In this document: piece by piece, positions 18,531-28,033 of the stretch
Layout: every line of letters begins with the position of its first letter
Position numbering within the stretch: position 1 is the stretch's first letter
DNA from: a virus
Taxonomy: Duplodnaviria > Caudoviricetes
DNA: 64,000 nt
Reading direction: 5' to 3' (one strand)
IMG/VR virus record: IMGVR_UViG_3300010885_080481
Program-made: the position numbers and the translations under genes
Notes under the pieces: model-generated
Told to the model about the DNA's origin: nothing
Seen by the model: only the letters and a program-made list of their open reading frames with translations
Database searches by the model: none

Positions 18531-21092
18531 TTACTCTACTAAATCTATCAATAAGTTATTAGAATACACCACATTTCCAACTGAAAAATCGGCGTGTACA
18601 GGAACCAATACGTAACTGATTTCTCCAATATCATGCTTGGTAATTTCATGAATAAAACGTATGTCTGTCGTCAAACAATGAGATTTTCCTATTAGCGTTC
18701 TAACATTTTCAATTTCTTTAAAAATTAAAATGTGATCTATAGAATTTTCATCTCCATTTATCTTACAAGTAATAGAAACCTTATTGCTTTCTATAAAATT
18801 TGCAAAAGCTTTTTCGATAGTACCAAAAGGAGTTTTGTAAGAAACTTCAAACGAATAATTGAACCCTATTTTACCAGCTATAGATTCATCTTGGCCAGTT
18901 TCATTTATAAAATTTCTAGAAAAGACTGTTCCTCTTTTCAATTTTTCAGGGTACAACTTAACAGTTGGATCATAGCTGTACTTCTTTTTTGTTTCGATGT
19001 CTTCTACTTCTGTTTTGGATGAACGAGCAATTGATTCAGGATGTCTGATTAAGGGTGTGAGAACGTATTGGTACTCATTTTCAGCCAACAGATTTTTTGC
19101 TAAAAACTTCGAAGATTGTATAGAATCCGTAAATGGTTGATTGTTGCCAATGATTCCTAAATTTTCTACATCTCCTGTAGACTTGTTGTATCTAGTAATT
19201 TGAAAACAAATTATTTTGTCGAATATTGATTGTTTTTCGTTAATACTGCTAGAAGAAAATTCAGGATAATTTCCTATAAAGATTGCTATTTGATCTCTAA
19301 ATCTAGAATTTTGTTCTTGTTCTAATTCTATAGAGGGAGTAAACTTTAAATCCAAAGTTCTTCCATTTACTTCAGAGCCTGCGGGGCGGGCGGCGGCAAT
19401 TTCAGTCGCCGTGGCGCTGGCAGCAAACCTAAGATCGTCTTTTAAAAATTCATTTAATCTTATATTGAGAGATCCACCTTCATAAGGAAGATATTCTAAA
19501 AATGCGGAATGAGAAGAAAGTTCTTCATGTCCAGACCCATTTACGATCATTGTTGTAAATTCATAAATATGATTTGGAATTAATCTATTTTTTATGAAAA
19601 TAGAGCTAGCCATTGAATTAGGACTAAAGTTTAAATTTTCTATTTGAAAAAATTCTTTTTGTTTTGTCGTGACATCTCTGTACAAAATTCTTGCGCATGT
19701 GATGTTAGGATCATGATTAAAAACTTCAATCTTTACGTTACCTTGTAAGGATAACTTGGGAATTAAAATAACTTTTTTCTTATGAGTTTTTTTACTGACT
19801 ACAATGTCAGTGAATTCTGATGATAAATTTTCAGTATAATTTGAAACAGGTATGAATCTGTAGATTGTCAAATCATCTTTGGTAACATAAAACTCAACTT
19901 TAATTGGACTTTTCGACTGAGATACATTAACAGTATCAACCTCTGAAAAAGAATCTAAAGTTCCATCATTTTTTATTACTTTTCTATAGATTTTTACTTT
20001 AGAAGCTTTTTTATCTATTTGTTTAATAGAAAATATCACCTTGCCAGTTTTTTGCGTGTAAGCAACGTGAGGAGGATGTTTTACTAGATAAAAATTGTTT
20101 AGATGTTTTTGTAAATCAAATATTTTTTCTACAGTCTCTAAAGGTAATAAAGTTTTTTTGCCAGAAGATAAAGAAACATTTTTGAATAACTCAAACTTTA
20201 CTATTAAAGAAGTGTTTTTAGTTATTTGGGATTGTTTTATATTGACCTTAGTAGAGACAGTTACAATGTCTTCTATTATTCCTTCTAAAACAGTCGAATA
20301 AGTCTTTGGTCTTGAACTATTTTGTCCTTGAAACAAATAATGATTCAATACATTACCAAGAGAGTCTCCTTGATTTTCTGGATGATTGTTTTTTCTAACT
20401 ATGCCTTGAGAAACTTCATAAGTAGATAAGTTTCTGGACTGTAACTTTGTAATTTCTGAGGGAGCTATTCCTTCTTCAAATAAAAGTTTATAGTAAGCAG
20501 ATCGTGTGTTAAATCCATCATTATTTAATCCTTGTTTGAGGTTCAATTCAGGAATATCAGATATGGAATGATGACTTACCTGAGGAACTAATTCTTCTTT
20601 GGATTTGTCTTTTTTTACACTAGATTCTATCTTTCTTAAAGATAGTTTGCTTTTTTTTCCTAGATCTGTTATGCTGCCGCCGGCTTTTATTACGCTGATC
20701 AGTTGGTTGTTTATCTTAGATGAGATATCACTAGATTTTTTAGTGACAAAATTACTGGCATCATCTTGATTAATGTTATTAATTTGGCTCCTGAAAGTAA
20801 TCAAATTTCTTATTATTTCATTACCAGTCAAATCTCTTAAAGCCTCTGAAGAAAAAATGACAGGTCTATCTTTACCACTTTCTTTTATAGTGATGTTCAG
20901 AGTGATTGCGTTTTCGGCTATAGCTTTTAATTGAGATATCTTGTACCTAAAAACAAATTGCATGTCTCCTTCTGCAATTTGCGATCGTAAACCATTGCTT
21001 TCTGAAGATGTCTCAAACATCCTCTCTAAAGTAGCAAAATTGTCTTCTACTTCTATAATTCCATTTTTTAGTTTAGGAAGATCAAAAAACAT
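18531..21092 (-). CDS. putative virion protein with beta-rich/FN3-like repeats (853 aa)
   Basis: VKIYRK, FQITRY...FTD...YQYVLTP patterns; structural block. Confidence 0.5.
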   Translation of the reverse strand: MFFDLPKLKNGIIEVEDNFATLERMFETSSESNGLRSQIAEGDMQFVFRYKISQLKAIAENAITLNITIKESGKDRPVIFSSEALRDLTGNEIIRNLITFRSQINNINQDDASNFVTKKSSDISSKINNQLISVIKAGGSITDLGKKSKLSLRKIESSVKKDKSKEELVPQVSHHSISDIPELNLKQGLNNDGFNTRSAYYKLLFEEGIAPSEITKLQSRNLSTYEVSQGIVRKNNHPENQGDSLGNVLNHYLFQGQNSSRPKTYSTVLEGIIEDIVTVSTKVNIKQSQITKNTSLIVKFELFKNVSLSSGKKTLLPLETVEKIFDLQKHLNNFYLVKHPPHVAYTQKTGKVIFSIKQIDKKASKVKIYRKVIKNDGTLDSFSEVDTVNVSQSKSPIKVEFYVTKDDLTIYRFIPVSNYTENLSSEFTDIVVSKKTHKKKVILIPKLSLQGNVKIEVFNHDPNITCARILYRDVTTKQKEFFQIENLNFSPNSMASSIFIKNRLIPNHIYEFTTMIVNGSGHEELSSHSAFLEYLPYEGGSLNIRLNEFLKDDLRFAASATATEIAAARPAGSEVNGRTLDLKFTPSIELEQEQNSRFRDQIAIFIGNYPEFSSSSINEKQSIFDKIICFQITRYNKSTGDVENLGIIGNNQPFTDSIQSSKFLAKNLLAENEYQYVLTPLIRHPESIARSSKTEVEDIETKKKYSYDPTVKLYPEKLKRGTVFSRNFINETGQDESIAGKIGFNYSFEVSYKTPFGTIEKAFANFIESNKVSITCKINGDENSIDHILIFKEIENVRTLIGKSHCLTTDIRFIHEITKHDIGEISYVLVPVHADFSVGNVVYSNNLLIDLVE

Positions 21093-21098
21093 AATTTT

Positions 21099-22091
21099 CT
21101 ACTCAAAGATTAAAGTAAAAATTTTAACAAATGTGTTGTTTTCATATTGGTCTAAAAATACTTTTCCAACAAAAAAAACTTGCTTAATCTTATTTTCGTG
21201 TTTGAATGTACCAAATTCTAACACGTCTAGCTTTTGTAAAGAATCGCCAGTAATTTCAAAAACTTGAGAAAAAAGTTTATTTGCTATAGAGGTAGAATCA
21301 AAAAATACTGTCTCTTTAAATCCTTTTTCTTCTAAAGAGTTTAACTCGTTATTCAATTCTTCAAATCCGTAACTACCTTTAAAGTCTGATAGCTCCGGAT
21401 AATTTCCTATAGAATTATCTCTGATAACTTCAGGATCTTTTCTATTAACAAATTTGTCGTAAATTCGATTAATAGGAGGCAAATATTGAAAGTTTTTTAC
21501 CTTGCTGAAAGTTTTATCATTAAAGATACTAGGTAAGATTACTAAATCTTTAACTTTTTCATTTACCTTTAAAGGATTGTTTTCAGTTACTTTAAAGCTT
21601 ATTGTTTGTTTACTTAATTTTGTGCTTTCTTCTTCTAGAAATAAAACGTCTTTTGTCCCTATCACGTATAACTTTTTAAAGTTATCCGCTGAAGATGCTA
21701 ACAAAGACTCTGCCGTTGAAGAAAAAGCAGAACCAGTCAAAAAATTATAAGTGCTTATTTGCGAGCCGGAAAATAGATCACTTGTAACAGTAGCAGGAAC
21801 TGGTATGGCTCCTCCTAAAACTTGAATACTTTGAGAATTTTTGAAAGGTTTAAGCTTCCCAGAATCATCAGCTTCAAAAGTAATCTGATCTTGCGGCAGA
21901 TGTCCTTGTTCAAAGTAAAGTCTGTTTGTTACGTCAGCTGATCCGCTAATCGCATCTAAAGAGTAAAAGGTAGCTCCATCGGTAAAGCTTACATACTCTA
22001 TCTTTAGTTTACCATCGGCAATCTGTCGTCGGCCTGCGAGCGTGACGATGGTATCCATTATTCTTTCTTTGGAATCCAGCAATCCGCTCAT
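21099..22091 (-). CDS. virion structural protein, paralog of the 11865-12587 N-terminus
   Basis: MSGLLDSKERIMDTIVTLAGRRQIA...EYVSFTDG parallels MGFLDHSTNNIILDAVLTDTGRQFLS...KFALGDD. Confidence 0.55.
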   Translation of the reverse strand: MSGLLDSKERIMDTIVTLAGRRQIADGKLKIEYVSFTDGATFYSLDAISGSADVTNRLYFEQGHLPQDQITFEADDSGKLKPFKNSQSIQVLGGAIPVPATVTSDLFSGSQISTYNFLTGSAFSSTAESLLASSADNFKKLYVIGTKDVLFLEEESTKLSKQTISFKVTENNPLKVNEKVKDLVILPSIFNDKTFSKVKNFQYLPPINRIYDKFVNRKDPEVIRDNSIGNYPELSDFKGSYGFEELNNELNSLEEKGFKETVFFDSTSIANKLFSQVFEITGDSLQKLDVLEFGTFKHENKIKQVFFVGKVFLDQYENNTFVKIFTLIFE

Positions 22092-22129
22092 AGCAATAAA
22101 TTATGCACAATAACATATATGCATACCGT

Positions 22130-23521
22130 TTATAGTATCTGGGATGCCAAAGTAGCCAATTCGCTTCTTTCACCTTTCAACATGGTAACGTGGCCGGCAA
22201 TGTCATACTCTTTGAACTTTTCGATAGCGTACGTTAAACCGCATGTGTATGCGTCCACGTGAACGTTATCAATCTGTTCAATATCACCAGTTAGAACTAT
22301 CTTAGTTCCGTCTCCTACACGCGTGATGATTGTCTTTAGCTCGTGCATCGTTAGATTTTGAGCTTCGTCAATTACTATAAAAGAATTTGGAATTGATCTT
22401 CCACGTATAAACGTAATGGCTTCAATCTCAATCAATCCTTTTTCTTGCATCAAAGAAAGATAAGCGTTACTATCCGTTTTATTCCAATTACCTTCAGTTT
22501 TTGTGTTACCTCTGACTCTTGAAGCATTGCCTCTTTTATTGCCCATTAAGAAATTGAGGTTGTCTTTGATGGGAGAAATCCAAGGCTCCATTTTTTCTTG
22601 TAATGTACCTGGTAAGAATCCGATATCTTTTCCGACTGGTTGAACTGGCTTTGTAACGATTAGCTTAGAGTAATGAGCAACATCTGGATTGCCTATCCCT
22701 TTTAATTGTTCGAGCGCAGCAGAGAGGGCGAGTAAAGTTTTACCAGAGCCGCTAAGACCTACCAAAGTTAAAAGCTTGACCTGCGGATCAAACAGTAAGT
22801 CTAAAGAAAATGCCTGTTCTTTATTCCTGGGTTTTAATCCAAAAACACTTTCAAATTTGTTGATAGGAATAAGCTTTTTAATTCCATCGATTATTTTAAG
22901 CTTGGTTATGGCCGACTTGACCGTCTTTTCTTCCTCAACATGCTTGATTATGATGATCTGATTTGGATATTGGGCCTGGGGGAAATTTACGACTAATTCT
23001 TCATTTATGTAAAAAGAGTCTATGTCTTCCTCAGGAAGCTCTACCACTTCTACACCTTTATAGAATGTTTTTGGATCGTTAGTAACTCTTAGTTTTAAAT
23101 AGTCTTCAGATGCTATACCTAGTGCATCGCATTTTATTCTTACGTTGATATCTTTAGACACCAAGATATAATCTCTTGGTAAACCCAACATTAAGCTGAT
23201 TATTAGGTTATCTGCCTTAGTTGGATCAAGCTCTGTCGGAAGTTTTTCTTTTGCAATGGATGAATCCACTGACACAACGCGAAGAATACCGCCGTCAGAT
23301 AAAGTTACTCCATTTATCAAGCTGTTATCAGAAGATCTCATGCCATCCAACGTTCTACTGACGCTGCGGGCATTGTGACCAACTTCATCCATTCTACTTT
23401 TATGATGATCTAGTTCTTCCAGAACAACCATTGGTATAATAACATCATTATCCTGGAATGAAAAGATTGAGTTAGGATCGTTTAATAATACGTTTGTGTC
23501 CAGGACGTAAGTTTTTTTCAT
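22130..23521 (-). CDS. phoH: PIN-PhoH (PhoH2/YlaK-type) protein
   Basis: YVLDTNVLL PIN start, GLSGSGKT Walker A, FIRGRS, VIDEAQN Walker B. Start moved to the ATG at 23521. Confidence 0.92.
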   Translation of the reverse strand: MKKTYVLDTNVLLNDPNSIFSFQDNDVIIPMVVLEELDHHKSRMDEVGHNARSVSRTLDGMRSSDNSLINGVTLSDGGILRVVSVDSSIAKEKLPTELDPTKADNLIISLMLGLPRDYILVSKDINVRIKCDALGIASEDYLKLRVTNDPKTFYKGVEVVELPEEDIDSFYINEELVVNFPQAQYPNQIIIIKHVEEEKTVKSAITKLKIIDGIKKLIPINKFESVFGLKPRNKEQAFSLDLLFDPQVKLLTLVGLSGSGKTLLALSAALEQLKGIGNPDVAHYSKLIVTKPVQPVGKDIGFLPGTLQEKMEPWISPIKDNLNFLMGNKRGNASRVRGNTKTEGNWNKTDSNAYLSLMQEKGLIEIEAITFIRGRSIPNSFIVIDEAQNLTMHELKTIITRVGDGTKIVLTGDIEQIDNVHVDAYTCGLTYAIEKFKEYDIAGHVTMLKGERSELATLASQIL

Positions 23522-23543
23522 ATTGATATTCAACAATCTTGTT

Positions 23544-23571
23544 TGAACAATGTAACTTTTTTGCCTAAAGT
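23544..23571 (+). promoter_or_regulatory. TGAACA-N16-TAAAGT promoter of the sigma4-only gene
   Basis: In the divergent phoH/sigma4 intergenic region. Confidence 0.45.
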
Positions 23572-23583
23572 ATAAACAAATTA

Positions 23584-23841
23584 ATGAAGAAAAGTTTACC
23601 AATTTTAAACGAAGCAAACAAATGTTTTGAAGTGCATGCTGCTTATAAGGTCTGTTGCCAAAAAAAATCTTGCAAAAATTACATAGAAAATGCATCAACA
23701 CAAAATTGTGTGATTATTGCAGCTCAAAAAGGACCTCACACACTTCAAAATATCGGTAAGATATACGGATTAACTAGAATGAGAATATGCCAAATTGAAA
23801 AGAATATCATTCAAAAATTGAAGAATTCTATAGACATCTAA
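23584..23841 (+). CDS. stand-alone sigma-70 region 4 HTH protein with Cys-rich N-terminus
   Basis: HTLQNIGKIYGLTRMRICQIEKNIIQKLK matches the sigma4 pattern TLEEVG..F.VTRERIRQIE.KAL.KLR; N-terminal C..H...CC...C...C. Confidence 0.8.
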   Translation: MKKSLPILNEANKCFEVHAAYKVCCQKKSCKNYIENASTQNCVIIAAQKGPHTLQNIGKIYGLTRMRICQIEKNIIQKLKNSIDI

Positions 23842-24312
23842 TCACATTTTCTTTAAGGCATTTTTCTTTTTTGAAAATCTATCTTGAGATGCATTTTGAA
23901 ATAAAGGTTGCTTTTCTTCAAAAACTTCTTTTAGTTTCATTTCTGTTTGCTTAACTGTTTGTACTTCAACAGCTTCTTCTTTTTCCAATGAAAGTTCAAA
24001 CGTTGCTTCTTCTTCTTGGGGTTGCGAAGTTTCTACGTTTGCTACTTCTTGTTGCGACGTAGCTTCTAAGTTGACTTCTTCTTTGATAACTTCAACAATT
24101 TCCTTCTCTTCTTGAGAAGGAGGCATCGGAAGTTTTACTTCTTTTTTCTCTTGAGCTTCTGCTTTAATTGTAGCTTCTTTTGTTTGCTTTAAGGTAAAAT
24201 CTTTTTTACTTTTTTGAGACAGTTTACCATTTTTGTTCAAAGAAGCATGAGGCTTTTTTGGATCTAATCCTAGGTTCATGATGTCAATTAGTATTGCTCG
24301 TGGGGCAGGCAT
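23842..24312 (-). CDS. hypothetical protein with E/K-rich disordered C-terminus
   Basis: ATG at 24312 with SD AGAGGA; low-complexity acidic/basic tail. Confidence 0.6.
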   Translation of the reverse strand: MPAPRAILIDIMNLGLDPKKPHASLNKNGKLSQKSKKDFTLKQTKEATIKAEAQEKKEVKLPMPPSQEEKEIVEVIKEEVNLEATSQQEVANVETSQPQEEEATFELSLEKEEAVEVQTVKQTEMKLKEVFEEKQPLFQNASQDRFSKKKNALKKM

Positions 24313-24349
24313 TTTTCCTCTTCTCTCTTCCAATATTTATTATGACAAC

Positions 24350-24386
24350 AAAAAACGGCACCTTGTGTTAAGGAAGCCGTTTTTTT
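24350..24386. terminator. intrinsic terminator, potentially bidirectional
   Basis: aaaaaacggc-a-cctt-gtgtt-aagg-aa-gccgttttttt stem flanked by A and T tracts, downstream of the Hc1-like gene. Confidence 0.8.
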
Positions 24387-24403
24387 CTTGATTATTTTAT
24401 TTT

Positions 24404-24607
24404 TCAAGATTCTGATTTTGTAGACTTTTCAAGAGTCAAAGTAGTTTTCACTAAGTCTCCTGCTTTAGTCTTTAATTCTCTTAATCCTTTTCTAACTCTA
24501 ACTCCGGCCGCCGCAACACCTTTTGCGCTTTTAGCGACGTCGTGTTCAAGAGATTCTACTAAAGATTTTAATTCACTCCATTTAGCTAATACTTCGTTAT
24601 CAGACAT
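24404..24607 (-). CDS. histone H1-like Hc1 family protein (core only)
   Basis: AKGVAAAGVRVRKGLRELK matches the Hc1 core EKGNKAA(A/G).R.R; strong SD AAGGAGG. Confidence 0.75.
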   Translation of the reverse strand: MSDNEVLAKWSELKSLVESLEHDVAKSAKGVAAAGVRVRKGLRELKTKAGDLVKTTLTLEKSTKSES

Positions 24608-24662
24608 TGAGTCTATTACCTCCTTCGAGAATATAAATTTCTTTATATGAGAGTAAATAACT

Positions 24663-26315
24663 TTAAGATAATTTAAAATCCTTAGGAAATAATTTATAAT
24701 TCATTCTAAAAAACTTCTCCCAGTCAGAATCTAGGATGTAAGATATCGCAAAGTCATTTTGATTTCTTATGGATCTTCCTAAAGATTGAATTACAGATTT
24801 TGCTGTCATATAAGGATACCAAAATTTGTTCTTTTCCATTCTCTTTTTAACGACTAGATCTCCTAGATAAGGAAATGGAACCTTACAAATAATTTGAAAT
24901 CTGCTAAGATTATCATAAAGATCCACACCTTCGGTCATCGAAGGACTTAACAAAACCGTGGGTTCTTCACTTTGAATGTGCCTCTTTAAAACTTCATCTC
25001 TATTAGAAGAGTCATGCAGCATCAAACGAGAAGAAGAAAAATTTTCTTGAATGTGCTTTGCTACTCTATAATTTGTGCAGTGAATAATTCCTTTTTCTTT
25101 ACTATGCTTTTCTAATAGCATTTTTACGACTTCTACTATCTTAGGCAAAGTAAATTCAATAGAGTTTTTTGACATAGAACCGACAGGCAAAAAATGAATT
25201 GGTCTATTCTCAATAGAAAATGGAGAAAGAATAGAAAGATAAGCAACTTCTTTTTCTTTTATTCCTAAAGAATCACAAAAAATTTCCTTGTCTACAATTG
25301 TTGCAGACATAACAAGCACTCTTGCACCTAATCTAAAAAATGTTTGATAAGAATAAGGTGAAACATCAATAGGTTTAAATTCATATTTTTTGCCTGCCTT
25401 CTTGTTGTCATGTGGCGGTAAAGATACGTTCATGACCCAGTTCTCAGACTTGTATGCTTCTAAAAATCTATTTACTTTGCATATGTGCTTATCTAACATC
25501 TCATACTGCTTTGAGTAATTTCCATAACCTTCTATGTCGTTACTTAATTTAGCTAGAGTTTTTTCTAGTTCATTAATATATCTTATAAGAGATTTTTTGT
25601 AGGTCGTGCTTATCCAATCATAGATTGATTCTTGCGACTCAGATTTAGACATCTTACATTTTAAGACTTCTTTTGCAAACTTTTCTGAAAATGTTACTTC
25701 AATAAATTTCCCCAACTCTGATTCAGTGTTATGAGCTTCATCAACTATCAGCATATTGCGAGGCTCTAACTTGCCAGCGTACGTGGATTCTGCAAGAATG
25801 TAAGAAAAGTTTGTAATAGAAATAGGAGAATTTATAAATTCTTGCTTTTCTATAGAATATTTGCATTGTTGCTTACAATGCTTTTGAAACTCAGTGCCAT
25901 TCAATTGTTTCGCTAGTTTACTTAGAATTCTTTTTGATTCAGCACAAGTTTGATCATTGTAAAATGAACAAATATAATTGTTAGAAGACTTAATAGATTT
26001 GACTAGCTGGTTAGTGGAAGTTCCAAAATCTCTTAGATACTGTTCTTGAAGTATCTTTTGAGTAGTTACTACGTAAGCTCCTGTTAAAGGTTCATTGTCT
26101 TCATTTTTTTCTACAGGTCCATGAGCTTCCATGTAACGAGCAATAGCAATACCAGTTGCAGACTTTCCAACACCGGTGCCTAACTCTAAAATCACATATT
26201 TTTTGTTATCATTGATGTAAGAATTTAGAGCAAAATTGATTGCTTTTTCTTGTTCAGGCCTGATCTGTGGAAATGGAAAATAACTTTTCCAATCTTCTAT
26301 TGTGATAGTCTTCAT
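24663..26315 (-). CDS. dinG: DinG/XPD family Fe-S helicase
   Basis: IRPEQ Q-motif, GTGVGKS Walker A, four-Cys cluster, VDEAHN, MSATI, SMTEGVD, QSLGRSIR. Confidence 0.9.
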   Translation of the reverse strand: MKTITIEDWKSYFPFPQIRPEQEKAINFALNSYINDNKKYVILELGTGVGKSATGIAIARYMEAHGPVEKNEDNEPLTGAYVVTTQKILQEQYLRDFGTSTNQLVKSIKSSNNYICSFYNDQTCAESKRILSKLAKQLNGTEFQKHCKQQCKYSIEKQEFINSPISITNFSYILAESTYAGKLEPRNMLIVDEAHNTESELGKFIEVTFSEKFAKEVLKCKMSKSESQESIYDWISTTYKKSLIRYINELEKTLAKLSNDIEGYGNYSKQYEMLDKHICKVNRFLEAYKSENWVMNVSLPPHDNKKAGKKYEFKPIDVSPYSYQTFFRLGARVLVMSATIVDKEIFCDSLGIKEKEVAYLSILSPFSIENRPIHFLPVGSMSKNSIEFTLPKIVEVVKMLLEKHSKEKGIIHCTNYRVAKHIQENFSSSRLMLHDSSNRDEVLKRHIQSEEPTVLLSPSMTEGVDLYDNLSRFQIICKVPFPYLGDLVVKKRMEKNKFWYPYMTAKSVIQSLGRSIRNQNDFAISYILDSDWEKFFRMNYKLFPKDFKLS

Positions 26316-26326
26316 AAACTACAAAG

Positions 26327-26354
26327 AGCCCAATGTCGTAGACATGGACTCTTA
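26327..26354 (-). promoter_or_regulatory. stable hairpin between clpP and dinG
   Basis: Minus strand agagtcc-atgtc-tac-gacat-t-gggctct, ending 11 nt before the dinG ATG. Confidence 0.5.
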
Positions 26355-26380
26355 TATTCTAGTTTTTTTAAGGTTTACAT

Positions 26381-26995
26381 TCAAGTTCCGATAATTTTAT
26401 CGACGATTCCCAACTTAACTGCTTCTTCAGGCGTAACATAATAATCATGACCAGACTTCATAATCTTTTCAATTTGTTCTTTGGTCATGTCGGATTCTTT
26501 TTGTAACGAAGTCACCATCAAATCTTGTAATCTCTTAAACTCTGATGTCTCGTTCATAGATTCAAATACGTTACCATAGAATCCTCCGGAAATCGGATGA
26601 ATCATCAATCTGGCTGAAGAACCTATCAACCTTTTTCCTTTCACACCAGATGAAAGTAGAAGCACGCCTGCAGACATGACTTTACCTAATGCTATTGTGT
26701 GAACTGGGCATGGTAAGAATCTAATAGTGTCATATAAAGAAAACATTTCATCTACTGATCCACCGTAAGTGGATACGACCAAATGTATTGGTTTATGATT
26801 TTGATTTGCTAGATACAAGAGTTGATAAATTACTGCTGAAATTGATTGCTCACTAACCCCGCCGTAAAGAACAACTATTCTGGAATCTTCGCCGTGTTTT
26901 GCATGGGGAAGCAGGGCCGCGAGGTCTGCTTCATCATGATCAGATTTTTTATTTTTAGAACTAAAAGGAATTTTTACGTCAGTGGATCTTCCCAT
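26381..26995 (-). CDS. clpP: ClpP-like protease subunit
   Basis: STYGGSV, KVMSAG (Ser), MIHP (His), HDYY (Asp), EEAVKLGIVD. SD AAGGAG lies 6 nt before the ATG at 26995. Confidence 0.9.
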   Translation of the reverse strand: MGRSTDVKIPFSSKNKKSDHDEADLAALLPHAKHGEDSRIVVLYGGVSEQSISAVIYQLLYLANQNHKPIHLVVSTYGGSVDEMFSLYDTIRFLPCPVHTIALGKVMSAGVLLLSSGVKGKRLIGSSARLMIHPISGGFYGNVFESMNETSEFKRLQDLMVTSLQKESDMTKEQIEKIMKSGHDYYVTPEEAVKLGIVDKIIGT

Positions 26996-27221
26996 CGTCG
27001 CTCCTTGATACGAATATTTCATCGCCGGCAATTTCTTTGATAACATCAGTTAGATCTTTTACATGGTTAATGTTTTCTAGTTCAAGAGAAAGTAAGTAAA
27101 TAAGAAACATTTGTTGTCTTTGCTTGAGACCAACATTCAATATTTCTTTAACAATTCGCCTACACTCTTCATTTTCTTTTGATATCTTTTCTGAAGATAA
27201 CTGACCATATACTTGTTGCAT
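26979..27221 (-). CDS. hypothetical protein (80 aa)
   Basis: Fills the gap between neighbours; 17 nt overlap with the clpP start. Confidence 0.55.
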   Translation of the reverse strand: MQQVYGQLSSEKISKENEECRRIVKEILNVGLKQRQQMFLIYLLSLELENINHVKDLTDVIKEIAGDEIFVSRSDDGKIH

Positions 27222-27226
27222 ATCAA

Positions 27227-27751
27227 TTATTCTCCTAATGATTCTTTTCTAATATGAGAATCGACTTTAAACAATGATTCACCCAGTATTCTCACATATT
27301 TTACTATCTTATTATCACCTTCTACATCATTGGATAGCACAACAATATCTCCCCATCTTTTTTTTTCGATGACATATTGAACGTGCTCCCATGTCGGTAA
27401 CTCACAATTATTTCTTTCTAAAACTGGGATTAAATTTGGATTAATAGAGTTCTTTATGTCATCAATTGAAATGATAGATGACATATTTTCTTTACCTTGC
27501 ATTATTTCAGACGTGCAAATGTCTATGACTTTGTGAACAAGCCCACAATTATTACATTGCGAATACTTTTGCTTAACTTGACCATTTTCTACTTCAGAAA
27601 AAACTAAAAATTGATGAGATACAGCATTCGGCAAATTTTTATACTGAGACAACACACATCTACATTTTATTAGATGTTTTTGTCCGTAAGATTCTGTTAA
27701 AGAATCCCCAGATAAATCTTTTGTCTCTTTCTGGGACTTCTTTTTCTTCAT
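27227..27751 (-). CDS. hypothetical Cys-rich protein (174 aa)
   Basis: HLIKCRC, CNNCG and ICTS putative metal ligands. Confidence 0.6.
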   Translation of the reverse strand: MKKKKSQKETKDLSGDSLTESYGQKHLIKCRCVLSQYKNLPNAVSHQFLVFSEVENGQVKQKYSQCNNCGLVHKVIDICTSEIMQGKENMSSIISIDDIKNSINPNLIPVLERNNCELPTWEHVQYVIEKKRWGDIVVLSNDVEGDNKIVKYVRILGESLFKVDSHIRKESLGE

Positions 27752-27757
27752 GATCTT

Positions 27758-27997
27758 CTATTTTTTTTTCTTAGATGTTACAGTCTCTTCTTTAAAACAT
27801 TCTGATAAAAAGTTCTTATGCCCTTTATTGTAACCTTCACTGATCGAGGCATCTATTACATTCAAAAGATTAGGAAGAACAGACTCTTCAACTTTTAGCT
27901 GACCTGAATTAATTGCGGATACTAAATTTTTCTTAGTAATTTCTTTTGTTATCTCAAACAACGACCAAGCAGATTTGCTTAACTCATCTTTTTTCAT
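27758..27997 (-). CDS. hypothetical protein (79 aa)
   Basis: Clean ORF with TTTACC-17-TATATT upstream. Confidence 0.6.
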   Translation of the reverse strand: MKKDELSKSAWSLFEITKEITKKNLVSAINSGQLKVEESVLPNLLNVIDASISEGYNKGHKNFLSECFKEETVTSKKKK

Positions 27998-28033
27998 TTT
28001 GATAATATAATGTTTAACGAATACAAGGTAAAT

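Noticed and set aside
23522-23701. 60 aa N-terminal extension of PIN-PhoH in the track
   Set aside because: Overlaps the sigma4 gene and the divergent promoter region; the PIN domain starts at Met 23521
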